Shown here: piece by piece, positions 30,745-40,124 of the stretch
Position numbering within the stretch: the first letter of the stretch is position 1
Layout: the number at the start of each line of letters is the position of its first letter
Source: Truepera sp.
GTDB lineage: Bacteria > Deinococcota > Deinococci > Deinococcales > Trueperaceae
Length of the DNA: 64,000 nt
Reading direction: 5' to 3'
NCBI GenBank assembly: GCA_965218435.1
Contig: CBDCKW010000009.1
Location: 2,592,001 to 2,656,000 of the forward strand
The notes under the pieces: generated by a model
The model's database searches: none
The model's input: only the letters and a program-made list of their open reading frames with translations
What the model was told of the DNA's origin: nothing
Program-made: the position numbers and the translations under genes

Positions 30745-31536
30745 TTACGGGTGCCACCATACCGTAAAATCCGGGTAGTACGCCGATACAACCCTTTGAA
30801 AGAGAAAGTAGTCAACAATCAGGTGAACGAGCAAGACCCACAAGAGAACACGGGAGCGTTCATACATCGCGCCCTGCGTGAGCGCAAAAAGATAAACGAA
30901 CAGCGGACCGACGCCGCGAAAAGCCATCGTCCAGAGCACAGTCGTGTAGATCACAGCTTGCGCCAAATTCGCGGTGCGTGGCCCGAAAAGCTGCCGCAGC
31001 ACCGCGTAACCGGTGTTGATAAAAAACAGCTCATCCCAAATCCCAACCAGGTTGATGCCGATAAAGAGCCTGAAGAGTTCGCCGGTGTCAGGCTCCGGCG
31101 GCAGCGTCCAGTTAAACGGCACCTCGGGGCTAAGCACACCGACATAAAGCGTGAGCGCCCCCCATGCCAGCGGCGCAGCGAGCAGCGTATAGAGAAGCTC
31201 GAGCGGTTCAGCTCGTTTGGGCCAAAAGGCAAGGGTGATGGGGCTCGTCTCACCGCTTAAGAGCAGCGTGGGGACGACCAGCGCGAGGCTAAAAAAGCTG
31301 CCGAGGAGCAAAAACCCGCGCAAGCCCGTATCGGTCGCAATCGGCGCGAACGCGAGCAGCAGTGAAGCTGAGAGCGCCAAGTACCGTTTGCGGCGGTACG
31401 GGGTCTCCCAGAATAGACTGAGCAAAAACACCGCCGTAAGCGGCGCACCCCAGCGCCACGCGTCTAGAGCAAGCCACAAAATAGTCGCGGCGAGCAAACT
31501 GACAAGGGGCGCGAATCGGCGTAAGGCGTCTGCCAT
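30745..31536 (-). CDS. CPBP (CAAX/Abi) family intramembrane protease-like protein
   Basis: Multi-TM; WDELFF and HLIVD motifs. Confidence 0.65.
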   Translation of the reverse strand: MADALRRFAPLVSLLAATILWLALDAWRWGAPLTAVFLLSLFWETPYRRKRYLALSASLLLAFAPIATDTGLRGFLLLGSFFSLALVVPTLLLSGETSPITLAFWPKRAEPLELLYTLLAAPLAWGALTLYVGVLSPEVPFNWTLPPEPDTGELFRLFIGINLVGIWDELFFINTGYAVLRQLFGPRTANLAQAVIYTTVLWTMAFRGVGPLFVYLFALTQGAMYERSRVLLWVLLVHLIVDYFLFQRVVSAYYPDFTVWWHP

Positions 31537-31864
31537 CGGCTTATCTTAGCGGTTCGTCCGAATGGGCCAATTTATGGTGTCTTTACCGCAAAAGTTGCAC
31601 CGTAAAACTACACACCTCGAGTGCTAGTTGGTTATGAGAAGAAGACTCAAAAAGTTCACCGTTGCGTCATAGACGTCGTTTCCAGCTCGCTCAGAAGGGT
31701 CGAGAAAATAACCACGAGCGGCAAGCAGCCTTGAAGATTCACCAAAAGTATGTGTTCGGGTGGGTCAGCAGTCATGGTTAAAATACCATTTTGCGTTACA
31801 GACGCACTTCCTCGGTTGCAACGGGTCGTTTGTCTACTAGCACTCGAGGTTACACCATAAAAAT

Positions 31865-31900
31865 GGCGTTGTTGCACAAACAGCGAGCAAAAGGTTGTGG
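31865..31900 (+). repeat. Solo IS903-like IS end (remnant)
   Basis: GGCGTTGTTGCACAAACAGCGAGCAAAAGGTTGTGG closely resembles the IS end at 35844 read inward (GGTGTTGTTGCACAAATAGCCAAAAAGGTTGCGG). Confidence 0.7.
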
Positions 31901-32189
31901 CACTAAGCTTAGTACACGACAAAAAACAATTTTACGAGTCTGGAACGGGCTATTGAGCCCTCTGAAAAGTAGCGTTCATGTCCTCCTAGATTGCTGTCTA
32001 AGACAATGTTCAAAGGGGTTTACCTGGTCATGCTCATGCAGGCAAACATCTTCTTGTCTAGCTTATACAACAAAGCACGTTCTGGACAAGGTTGCTAAAG
32101 AATTGTCGTGTACTCGGGTAAAGTTGTACACATAATGAAAACGAAGTGCGAAACCTTGATAATAAATCTGAGCAATCTCTAAATCATGT

Positions 32190-32227
32190 AAGAATACCCC
32201 GCGTCATCCTTTAACGCGGAGTGTCAA
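32190..32227 (+). repeat. Possible IS200/IS605-type right end (hairpin + TCAA)
   Basis: AAGAATACCCCGCGTCATCCTTTAACGCGGAGTGTCAA: CCGCGT/ACGCGG stem followed by GAGTGTCAA. Confidence 0.4.
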
Positions 32228-32247
32228 TTCAAGTTGCGCTTTGCTTC

Positions 32248-33402
32248 TTACTTTTGCGGCCACTCCGGGTTCGGCACAAAGTCGGTTGGGTCAAGGTCGT
32301 AGCGCCCCACGTCTTTTTCGTGCTTGACGATCTTGCCGTAAACACGCTGCACGTCACCCTCAACAAGCCCGTAATCAAAGGTGTCCCAGATGGCGGTCTG
32401 ATGGCTGCCGTCGTCGTTTTTGGTCGGGACGATACGGCCTTTTTTGATGCCTTCCTCGAGCTTTTTCCGACTCTCGATCCCGAGGTTGCGAAATACCACC
32501 TGCACCACGTCGCGGGCGTACTCGCGGGGGCCGTAAATCCCGGCTTTATACACCGCGTAGTTAAACTGATCCCAGTCAGGGACGATGTTGTTGGCGGGCA
32601 TCGTAAAGTGGGTGATTACATCTTGAATAGCCTCTAAGGTGCGCTGCGGGTAGTAGTACAAAAACAGCCGGACGCCCTCTAAAAAGAAGTTGTAGTGCGC
32701 GGCTTCGTCTACGGCAATGGTTTGCGCAACGCGGGCCAGCACCGGGTCGGCGTCGTCTTTGTGCTGCGGTTTGTCCGATTTGCCGTTGGCGATCTTCAAG
32801 AGGTTTAGGTAGTTGAGCTGCGTGGCGCGTTCTTGAAACACCGTGTAGACGAGGTTACGGAGGGCGTCGCCTTCCCAGAGGCTACGGTGAACCGAGGAGC
32901 GCAAATCTTCTTTGTACGACTCGATAAACTCGGGGCTGCGCTGCTGTGAAAAGAGGAGCGAGTTCTCCCAGGTGTCGGCGTGTTTTTCCTCTTCGGAACC
33001 CCAGCGCAGCTGAAAGTGGCTGCGGCCGTGGCTGCGGCGGACCAAGTTCAAAATCTCGTCTACATAGTCCGGGGTAAAGTATTCGACAGCAAAAAAGCCC
33101 TGCAAAATCTGCATCAGCGGTTCGGAAAAATCTTTACGAAGTTTGCGCCAATCAAACGATTTGTCCGGGTTCCAGTTGCGCGTCTCTTGGCTGCGAGCGG
33201 TGTACCAGCGGTACAGCCCTAAAAAGCCGCGTTCGATGAGGCGGTCTTTTTCCTGGCGGCTTAAGAGACCGGCTGGCGTCTGCGAGCGAAGGTCGTCTAA
33301 GATATTTTTTGGCGGTACAATCAGGTCAATCAAGGAAAACTCCTTAGCTTGCGTTGTCTTGAACAGTGTTGCTGGAAACGGTGTCGTTGCAAACAGTGTC
33401 AC
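32248..33402 (-). CDS. Acyl-ACP desaturase (ferritin-like di-iron, DesA-like)
   Basis: Di-iron ligands AVEY, WGSEEEKH, FQERAT, DEAAH. Confidence 0.85.
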   Translation of the reverse strand: MTLFATTPFPATLFKTTQAKEFSLIDLIVPPKNILDDLRSQTPAGLLSRQEKDRLIERGFLGLYRWYTARSQETRNWNPDKSFDWRKLRKDFSEPLMQILQGFFAVEYFTPDYVDEILNLVRRSHGRSHFQLRWGSEEEKHADTWENSLLFSQQRSPEFIESYKEDLRSSVHRSLWEGDALRNLVYTVFQERATQLNYLNLLKIANGKSDKPQHKDDADPVLARVAQTIAVDEAAHYNFFLEGVRLFLYYYPQRTLEAIQDVITHFTMPANNIVPDWDQFNYAVYKAGIYGPREYARDVVQVVFRNLGIESRKKLEEGIKKGRIVPTKNDDGSHQTAIWDTFDYGLVEGDVQRVYGKIVKHEKDVGRYDLDPTDFVPNPEWPQK

Positions 33403-33574
33403 GTGTTGTCAACGGGATGGCTAAGTCTAACAAATTAACGGTTGCCACCAAGACGATAGTCTTACAGTTTACCTCAATATGGGACGTTGATACCCAAAGT
33501 TTAAGCGTCTTCTCAGGCTTTCTACATGCGTTTCTTTAATTTCGTCGGCGTTAGGTAAGTGTGATAGGCGCAAG

Positions 33575-34720
33575 CTAAGCTGAGTAGTTCCGTACAACCC
33601 GCACGCCTAAACGTACCAGAAGCTCATAAGAGATGGTTCCGGCAGCCTGACCTAAGTCTTCTGCCGTGGGGCCGTCAGGTCCAAAGATCACGGCCCTATC
33701 CCCGACTTGGACGTCTAAGTTACTGACGTCGATCATCAACTGATCCATACACACACGCCCGACGATGGGGCGGCGCTGGCCGCACACTTGGACCTGCGCG
33801 GCAGGCTGGGTGCTGAGCACTCTGGGATACCCGTCGGCGTAGCCAAAACGCACCGTCGCCACCGCTGTATCTTCTGGGGCCGTCCAAAGTGCGCCGTAAG
33901 AGACGCTTTGCCCTTTTTGAACGCGTTTGACAAATGTCACGGGGGCGCTGAGGGTCATCACGGGTGTGAGGTCGGGGGCGAGCGTGGCGCTGTGGGGGCT
34001 CGAGCTGTACCCGTAGAGCGCGATCCCCGGCCGCACCAAATCGAAGTGGGATTCAGGATAGGCGAGTGTCGCCGCAGAGTTGGCGGTGTGTTTGAGCGGT
34101 ACCTGAATCCCGGCGTGCTTCAAAGCCGAAACCGCCTCGTGAAACTGTGCGAGTTGCGCCTCGGTATAGCCTGGGTCGGGTTCGTCTGAGCAGGCAAAGT
34201 GTGTCCAGAGGCCCTCGAGCTCGACTCCAGGCAGCTTGTCCAACAGTTTGGCCGTCGCTAACGTCGCTGCTGTGCCGCCGCCCAAACGCCCCATGCCGGT
34301 ATCTACTTTGAGGTGAACACGCGCACTCTGGTTTGCTTGTGCTGCGGCCCGACCTGCGGCTTCGGCGCTGCGGACGTCCCCAACGCTTAAGGTGATGTCG
34401 TGCGCTAACAGCTCTTCTAAACCTTGATAGACCGGAATAAAGACGAGGATGCGGCCCCCCACGCCCCCGGCACGCAGCCCCAACGCCTCCTCAGGCGTTG
34501 CGACGCCGAACCACCCCACGCCGAAGGTCTCCAAATGCTTAGCTGTCTCTACCGCGCCGTGACCGTAAGCGTTGGCTTTGACCGGCGCTAAAATCTCCGT
34601 TCCCGGACGCAGCCGCGACCGCAGCGCCGCGACGTTCTGACTGAGCGCCGTAAGCGAAACGGTCGCGTGAGGTGCGCCGGAGTGTAAAGAATCAAGGTGT
34701 AGGGGAGACGTTTGCGACAT
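33575..34720 (-). CDS. alr: Alanine racemase
   Basis: VKANAYGHG, HLKVDTGMGRLG, VRPGIALYG, GYADGY, GRVCMDQ. Confidence 0.96.
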   Translation of the reverse strand: MSQTSPLHLDSLHSGAPHATVSLTALSQNVAALRSRLRPGTEILAPVKANAYGHGAVETAKHLETFGVGWFGVATPEEALGLRAGGVGGRILVFIPVYQGLEELLAHDITLSVGDVRSAEAAGRAAAQANQSARVHLKVDTGMGRLGGGTAATLATAKLLDKLPGVELEGLWTHFACSDEPDPGYTEAQLAQFHEAVSALKHAGIQVPLKHTANSAATLAYPESHFDLVRPGIALYGYSSSPHSATLAPDLTPVMTLSAPVTFVKRVQKGQSVSYGALWTAPEDTAVATVRFGYADGYPRVLSTQPAAQVQVCGQRRPIVGRVCMDQLMIDVSNLDVQVGDRAVIFGPDGPTAEDLGQAAGTISYELLVRLGVRVVRNYSA

Positions 34721-34788
34721 GATCCTATGCAGCATACCGTTTCTATACGCCGTAGCTTTACGGAGGCCGCAACAGTGTAATTTTTATG

Positions 34789-35844
34789 GGCTTTGTTGCA
34801 TAAATGCCCCAACCGAGCTAGCTGCGCTTATCGTCGTCGGTACAGCTCAGGTTACGAGGTAACTTTGCGGCTTAGCCAGCTGAATCATCTTATTAAGAGC
34901 TTTGCACTTGAGCTTGAGTTCAACGACTTGGTTTTTGAAGCAGCGGGAAGAGGCTTGAGCGGTAAAGGTTGTTTTGAAGCGAAACATGGTGGTTTCAGCT
35001 AAGGAGCGGCGGTGATAGTGGCATAAACGTTTCCACTTTTTACGTCCGTGCTTTCTGATCGCACGCAGGTTTTCGTCTCTAGGATGAGGTGCTTGCTTGC
35101 AGTTGCCGTGTTGCCAAATCTTGGCGTCCTTACGTGGTGCAATGGCGGCTTTGACATTACGCTCACTAAGTAGGTCATAGCAGCTTCTCTGATCGTAGGC
35201 ACCATCAGCACCAACTTGTTCGATGTTCGCTTCAACTAGCTCAAGCAGCGGCTCCAAAAGCTGACCATCCTTCTTGTCATTGCGCGTCACCTCGGCTGCT
35301 AGGATTTCACCACTGGTTTCATCTACCGCTAGATGCAATTTGCGCCAAGTGCGACGCTTGCTCGCCCCATGTTGTCTAGTCTTCCATTCCCCTTCACCGT
35401 AAATCTTGATGCCAGTCGCGTCGATGACGACGTATCTAGCACCCTCTCTAGGCAGAACAGGCAGTTTGACCTCCAAGCTGGCTAGGCGTCTTGACACCGT
35501 GCTATGTTCCGGTACCCGTAAGTCAACCTCATCAGATCAAAGATGGCTGTGACCATGCCCGTTGCTTGACGTCCTGCTAAGCCGTAAACGCTTTTGATGA
35601 CGGTGACAGTCTCAACCGCTACGTCACTGTACTTGCGGCTCGCGCCACGTCGCCCCGTCTTTTTGGTATTGAACCACTGCGCTATGACCGCCTCATCCAG
35701 CCAAAAGGTAAGACTACCTCGCTGTTTTAAGCCTGCGTTATACTCGCTCCAGTTGCGGATTTTGTAGCTGTTTCGTTTTTTGCTTACACACCGAACTTAA
35801 TATCTGCTATCCGCAACCTTTTTGGCTATTTGTGCAACAACACC
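34789..35844 (-). mobile_element. IS5 family (IS903 group) insertion sequence, no target-site duplication
   Basis: Inverted ends GGCTTTGTTGCATAAAT (34789) and ATTTGTGCAACAACACC (ends 35844); flanks ATTTTTATG vs ACGCCGCAT differ. Confidence 0.9.
34847..35787 (-). pseudogene. IS5/IS903 DDE transposase, frameshifted
   Basis: N-part YKIRNWSEYNAGLKQRGSLTFWLDE is out of frame (shift near 35530) with C-part IDATGIKIYGEGEW...RRTWRKLHL...ADGAYD...YHRRSLAET; apparent start codon reads GTA. Confidence 0.88.
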
Positions 35845-36024
35845 ACGCCGCATCCGAAGTTCTGCGCGTTACGAAAACTCGAGACTAGCCTCAGCTTGCT
35901 CGAGCTGAGGGCGAACTTTACCTGACTTGAACGAGTTTCGCTTCGTCGCAGAACCGCTCCCGGTCAAGCTACCGACAGCCAAGCCAAAGCTCTCGATTCA
36001 ACCTGTGCTTTTTGAGGCGACGAA

Positions 36025-37017
36025 ATGACCGCTGACATCCAAGCCCTCAAAAATGCCGTTCCATTCCCGGAACTCGTCAGCGAAACACACATTATCGGAC
36101 GTGACGGTAAGGTGCTGTGCCCCGCTTATAGCGACACGCGGCCCTCATGCCATGTTTACCCTGACGGCTGGAAATGCTTCAGCTGCGGTGCTCACGGTGA
36201 CGTGCTCGACTGGCTCGAGCTAGTCCATAATTTGAGCTTTACTGAAGCGACTGAAGCACTACAGAGACGCGCCGGGATGTACCCCCCGGTTAGCGAGCGC
36301 CCGGTTAAGGTTAAGAAACCGGCCCCAACATTCAAGGTTGTTGACGAAAACATACTCGAGGCTCACCGCCGCCGCGCCGCTCAGCTTGACCGCGTGCCCC
36401 TTGCGCTGAAGGAGCGCGGGTTCAATCTGAACGATTTGAAACGCTTAGGAATTGCAGCCTACGGCCCGGATGCCGTCCTACCTATCACCGGCCCGGATGG
36501 AACGACACTCGCACTCAAAAAACGCTTTGCCGAGCCCTACGAAGGGCAACGCTACCGCTACGTTGTACCGGGACACGGCACGCCCGCATGGTGCTCACCC
36601 GGATTTTTAGACCACGACCGGCTGTTCCTCTGTGAAGGCGAATTGAACGGAACGATTTGCTCTTTGGTCTGTCCTGAAATCGGAGTCATGGCAACTGCCG
36701 GGACATCCGGCGCTTTACATCTGGAAGCTCTACGGGGCCGCACCGTTTACGTCTACGCCGATGCCGACGCTACAGGTCAGGCCGCCCGTGATGAATGGGC
36801 ATCGTCGGCGCTTTCGGCGGGCGCTGCAAAGGTGTTTGTGCTCGAGGCTTGGTCTGCTGATGCCTGCGACTTTGCCGGACAGAGCGGACGTTCTGCACTT
36901 CGGGGGCTGCTCATCCGTAGCCTCGAGACTGCAAAAGCTTTTGACCCCACATTTACCGAACAGCCCCCATTTAACGAACACGGTAGTTCGTCAAATAAAA
37001 GCCCGTGGGGTTACTGA
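36025..37017 (+). CDS. DnaG-like primase (CHC2 zinc finger + TOPRIM)
   Basis: CPAY...PS...WKCFSCGAHGD; LCEGELN; YADADATG. Confidence 0.8.
   Translation: MTADIQALKNAVPFPELVSETHIIGRDGKVLCPAYSDTRPSCHVYPDGWKCFSCGAHGDVLDWLELVHNLSFTEATEALQRRAGMYPPVSERPVKVKKPAPTFKVVDENILEAHRRRAAQLDRVPLALKERGFNLNDLKRLGIAAYGPDAVLPITGPDGTTLALKKRFAEPYEGQRYRYVVPGHGTPAWCSPGFLDHDRLFLCEGELNGTICSLVCPEIGVMATAGTSGALHLEALRGRTVYVYADADATGQAARDEWASSALSAGAAKVFVLEAWSADACDFAGQSGRSALRGLLIRSLETAKAFDPTFTEQPPFNEHGSSSNKSPWGY
36951..36996. repeat. Iteron-like repeats (ATTTNNCGAAC) including an N6-spaced inverted pair
   Basis: ATTTACCGAAC 36951, ATTTAACGAAC 36969, GTTCGTCAAAT 36986. Confidence 0.6.
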
Positions 37018-38252
37018 TGGCAGTCAACAAGTTGGAACTCCCAATCGTGCCGCCTAAAGCGTCGTGGGCCGTGACCAACATCTTTCCGGTAGGCCACACA
37101 TCTATGCTTTACGCTCCTGCTGGAGTCGGCAAAACCCGCATCGTGTCTTACCTGGCAGCGCAGATGACAAGACCATATCCGAACGGGCTTTTTCTAGGGC
37201 ACGAGGTACGCGGGGGCCGTGTCGTCATCTTAGATGCAGACGACCCGACTGGCTACGGCTATGCAGTCTGGCTTAACCGCTTTCTAGCAGCTCATGCTGA
37301 CACACGCCGCGAGCTGATAGACCTCCGTTCTATCACCGGAGGGCTCACCCCTGAAGATGTCGCCAAACTTCAGGATGAACTGAAGGGCAAACCGCCGCGC
37401 CTTATCGTCATAGACACCTTCGCATCTGCCTTTGTCGGGCTCGACATCCTAAGAGCGCACCACGTACAGCTTGCGCTTGTGGGGCTGGCACAGCTAGCCA
37501 AAGATTTGAACTGTGCCGTGCTCATCCTTGACCACGTATGCAAGTTGCAACCCGGTCAAACGGTAGCGAGTAAAGGCCCTTACGGTGCGGCTAAGACCTT
37601 CAGCCCCCGCGCTGTGTTTGCACTTTCCAGAGTGCCACCTAAAGAAGTAGAGGGCCGGGACATCCTGAAACTGGAATGTACCAAGATGAGCTACGCCCCA
37701 GAACCGCCGCCCAAAGGGGTAGAAATCACCCTCGAGCAAAACGACACCGTAGCCCGTGCCAAGCTTGCCGACCTACCCGGCAAGACAATGTTAGAGGATG
37801 CGGTCAAGGCGATAGAGGACAAACTCAAGTCAGCACAAGGCGAGCATGTACCTCGGAAACTACTGCTTAACGCTGCTGTTGAGAAGGTGAACATCACCCA
37901 GCGGTATGCAGAGAAAGCACTCGACAAGCTTATAGATGAATTGGGCAACCGGCTCGAGGTCATCACCTTACCGGCTAAAGGGAGCCCCAAGGCTTATAGG
38001 TATGTGTTGAGTTCGTCAAATGACAAGATTAGCGTCCCTGACGGTGAATCATTTGACGAACAGCTTAGTTCGTCAAATGAACCTTATGACCGTTTGCGTT
38101 CCAGACTTGAGCGGGGAGATTGGGCGGTTCCGAGTGCTGAGAGGCTACTCGACTACTACCGCCGCGCCGATGATGGCAACAGCTCAGCACAGACCGCGAT
38201 AGACGATTACCTAAAGAACCCTCAAGTCGTTCAGGCTCCCGAGGTCAACTGA
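37017..38252 (+). CDS. RepA-like SF4 helicase (AAA_25) with C-terminal winged helix
   Basis: Walker A APAGVGKT, LIVIDTF, LILDH; ATG overlaps the primase stop. Confidence 0.8.
   Translation: MAVNKLELPIVPPKASWAVTNIFPVGHTSMLYAPAGVGKTRIVSYLAAQMTRPYPNGLFLGHEVRGGRVVILDADDPTGYGYAVWLNRFLAAHADTRRELIDLRSITGGLTPEDVAKLQDELKGKPPRLIVIDTFASAFVGLDILRAHHVQLALVGLAQLAKDLNCAVLILDHVCKLQPGQTVASKGPYGAAKTFSPRAVFALSRVPPKEVEGRDILKLECTKMSYAPEPPPKGVEITLEQNDTVARAKLADLPGKTMLEDAVKAIEDKLKSAQGEHVPRKLLLNAAVEKVNITQRYAEKALDKLIDELGNRLEVITLPAKGSPKAYRYVLSSSNDKISVPDGESFDEQLSSSNEPYDRLRSRLERGDWAVPSAERLLDYYRRADDGNSSAQTAIDDYLKNPQVVQAPEVN
38011..38078. repeat. Iteron-like repeats, putative replication origin
   Basis: GTTCGTCAAAT 38011; ATTTGACGAAC-agctta-GTTCGTCAAAT 38051-38078. 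Confidence 0.65.
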
Positions 38253-38461
38253 GATGCCTCATCCGATTGATACCTACCTTGACGCGCAGCTCAGGACGCT
38301 CGAGCATCTTTATGCCCAGCACTGTCCTACCTGAAACTCAACACGCCCGTCGCCTCGTTCGCCACGTTCACTTTCACAAACAGCGAGGACTAACACCTCT
38401 TAAGCGCCGTTACCTGCTTGCCGACATCCGGGCTATGACCCACATCTTGAAAGGGAAAATC

Positions 38462-38900
38462 ATGAACCACAACCTTGACGAAATCCACACCGCACTTGAT
38501 TCCGCTACTGCCGACCTTGCTTTGAAACCGCCGCATCACCCTCGAGGCTGAACTTAGTGGCCTCGCAACTCAGGAAGCCGGTGTACTGAAGCAACTCGCG
38601 CCCCTTCAGGCCGAACTTCAGCGCCTTGAGCCACCCGCACCCGCCCCACGCCCCCAAGATGTTGAGCGTCTTGGGCAACTCACGGCAATCCTGCACTCGA
38701 AACTCGCAAAGACCCCGCGAAACTCACCCACCGCTGCACGGGTCAGGGAGCAGCTCCCTCGTCTTAACGACGAAACCGTTTCCGTTCACGACCGCCTGGG
38801 TATCGCCAAAGGCTTGATGTCTGAACTCAGCGACTGGTATCAGCGTGACCGTCAGGTTTGGGACCTTGCTGAAGGTCGTGCTGCCCAAAGGCTCCGCTAA
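38462..38900 (+). pseudogene. Frameshifted coiled-coil hypothetical protein
   Basis: MNHNLDEIHTALDSATADLALK continues in the +1 frame as NRRITLEAELSGLATQEAGVLKQL...RLR*, ending 2 nt before the next GTG. Confidence 0.55.
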
Positions 38901-38902
38901 CC

Positions 38903-39379
38903 GTGCCCCGTGTTTGCACCGTTTGTAACCATAGCCAACGGGCAGAAATTGAGCAGCTGCTACTTGAAAACGAACCTTTGCGGGACGTAGCGGGACGCTA
39001 CCGGGTTTCTAAATCGGCTCTGGAGAGGCACAAAAAGGCGCACATCCCTTTAGCCTTAGTGAAAGCTCAGAACGCTGCTGAAGCTGCCCAAGCCGACACG
39101 CTACTCGAGCAGGTGCAACACCTTAAGGCTCGAGCCTTAACCATCCTCGACAAAGCTGAAGGGGCAGGCGACTTAAAGACTGCTCTCTCAGCAATTCGGG
39201 AAGCCCGGAACACGCTAGAGCTGCTGGCTAAACTCATGGGTGAGCTTGACGAAAGCCCGACCATCAATCTTGTGAGCGTCCCGGAATGGCTCAACTTACG
39301 CGCCGTCGTCATTCAAGCGTTGCTACCCTTTCCGGCAGCTGCGAAAGCTGTAGTAGAAGCCCTTCATGAATCTCCGTAG
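38903..39379 (+). CDS. Putative small terminase subunit (CxxC + HTH + helical oligomerisation region)
   Basis: CTVCNH, LRDVAGRYRVSKSALERH HTH; immediately upstream of and overlapping the TerL ATPase gene. Confidence 0.6.
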   Translation: MPRVCTVCNHSQRAEIEQLLLENEPLRDVAGRYRVSKSALERHKKAHIPLALVKAQNAAEAAQADTLLEQVQHLKARALTILDKAEGAGDLKTALSAIREARNTLELLAKLMGELDESPTINLVSVPEWLNLRAVVIQALLPFPAAAKAVVEALHESP

Positions 39380-40124
39380 CGATTTAAGATTTGCCCTGTC
39401 ACCGGCTGACTTTGCCTCTGAGCTGCTAGGACTCGAGCTTGACCCCTGGCAACGCGGTGTTTTGGAAAGCATCGGCAAAAGAGACATCTTGAACATCACG
39501 CGGCAGGGGGGCAAAAGCACTGTGTCGGCTGTTCTGGCTTTACACCAAGCCCTGTACCGACCCGGCTCACTCTCTATTTTGGTCAGCCCGTCACAACGTC
39601 AGAGCGGCGAACTTTTCCGTAAGTGTCTCGAGTTCAAAGCACGCTTACCTCGTCAGCCCGACCTGGTAGAAGATTCCAAGACTTCACTCAACCTCGTCTC
39701 CGGGGGCCGAATCGTGAGCCTACCCGGTAGTGAGGCCACGGTCAGAGGTTTTAGTGCAGCAAACCTGATTATCGCGGATGAGGCGGCACGAATTGACGAC
39801 AGCCTTTATCTGGCGATTCGTCCGATGTTGGCAACCTCAAACGGCAGGCTGATACTGATGTCAACACCGTTTGGCCGTCGTGGTTTCTTTTGGCGTGAAT
39901 GGGACACAGGCGTGAACTGGAACCGGGTTGAGGTTCCTGCTACGTCTATACCCCGCATCTCGGCAGCGTTCCTAGCAGAGGAACGTGCATCTATGCCTGC
40001 ACTTTGGTACTCACAAGAATACTGCTGCGTCTTCGGAGAAAATACCGACAGCGTTTTTGCCTATGCCGACGTACAAAACGCCTTATCAGATGACATACAA
40101 CCGCTCTTTGGAGGTAGCTTATGA
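39366..40124 (+). CDS. Large terminase, ATPase domain only
   Basis: LDPWQ (Q motif), TRQGGKST (Walker A), LIIADEAA (Walker B), LMSTP (motif III), SQEY. Confidence 0.88.
   Translation: MNLRSDLRFALSPADFASELLGLELDPWQRGVLESIGKRDILNITRQGGKSTVSAVLALHQALYRPGSLSILVSPSQRQSGELFRKCLEFKARLPRQPDLVEDSKTSLNLVSGGRIVSLPGSEATVRGFSAANLIIADEAARIDDSLYLAIRPMLATSNGRLILMSTPFGRRGFFWREWDTGVNWNRVEVPATSIPRISAAFLAEERASMPALWYSQEYCCVFGENTDSVFAYADVQNALSDDIQPLFGGSL

Noticed and set aside
30640..31260. 206-aa plus-strand ORF
   Set aside because: Antisense to the CPBP gene; no recognisable motifs.
31656..32135. Short ORFs in the CPBP-desaturase gap
   Set aside because: They overlap IS-end relics, are AT-richer and lack motifs.
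34736..34788. att duplicate of the tRNA-Thr 3' end
   Set aside because: No match to TGGAGCCGATGG found here or elsewhere left of the element.
38515..38530. Programmed frameshift at CTTTGAAA
   Set aside because: CTT-TGA is not in the reading frame and there is no canonical slippery heptamer; mutation is more likely.
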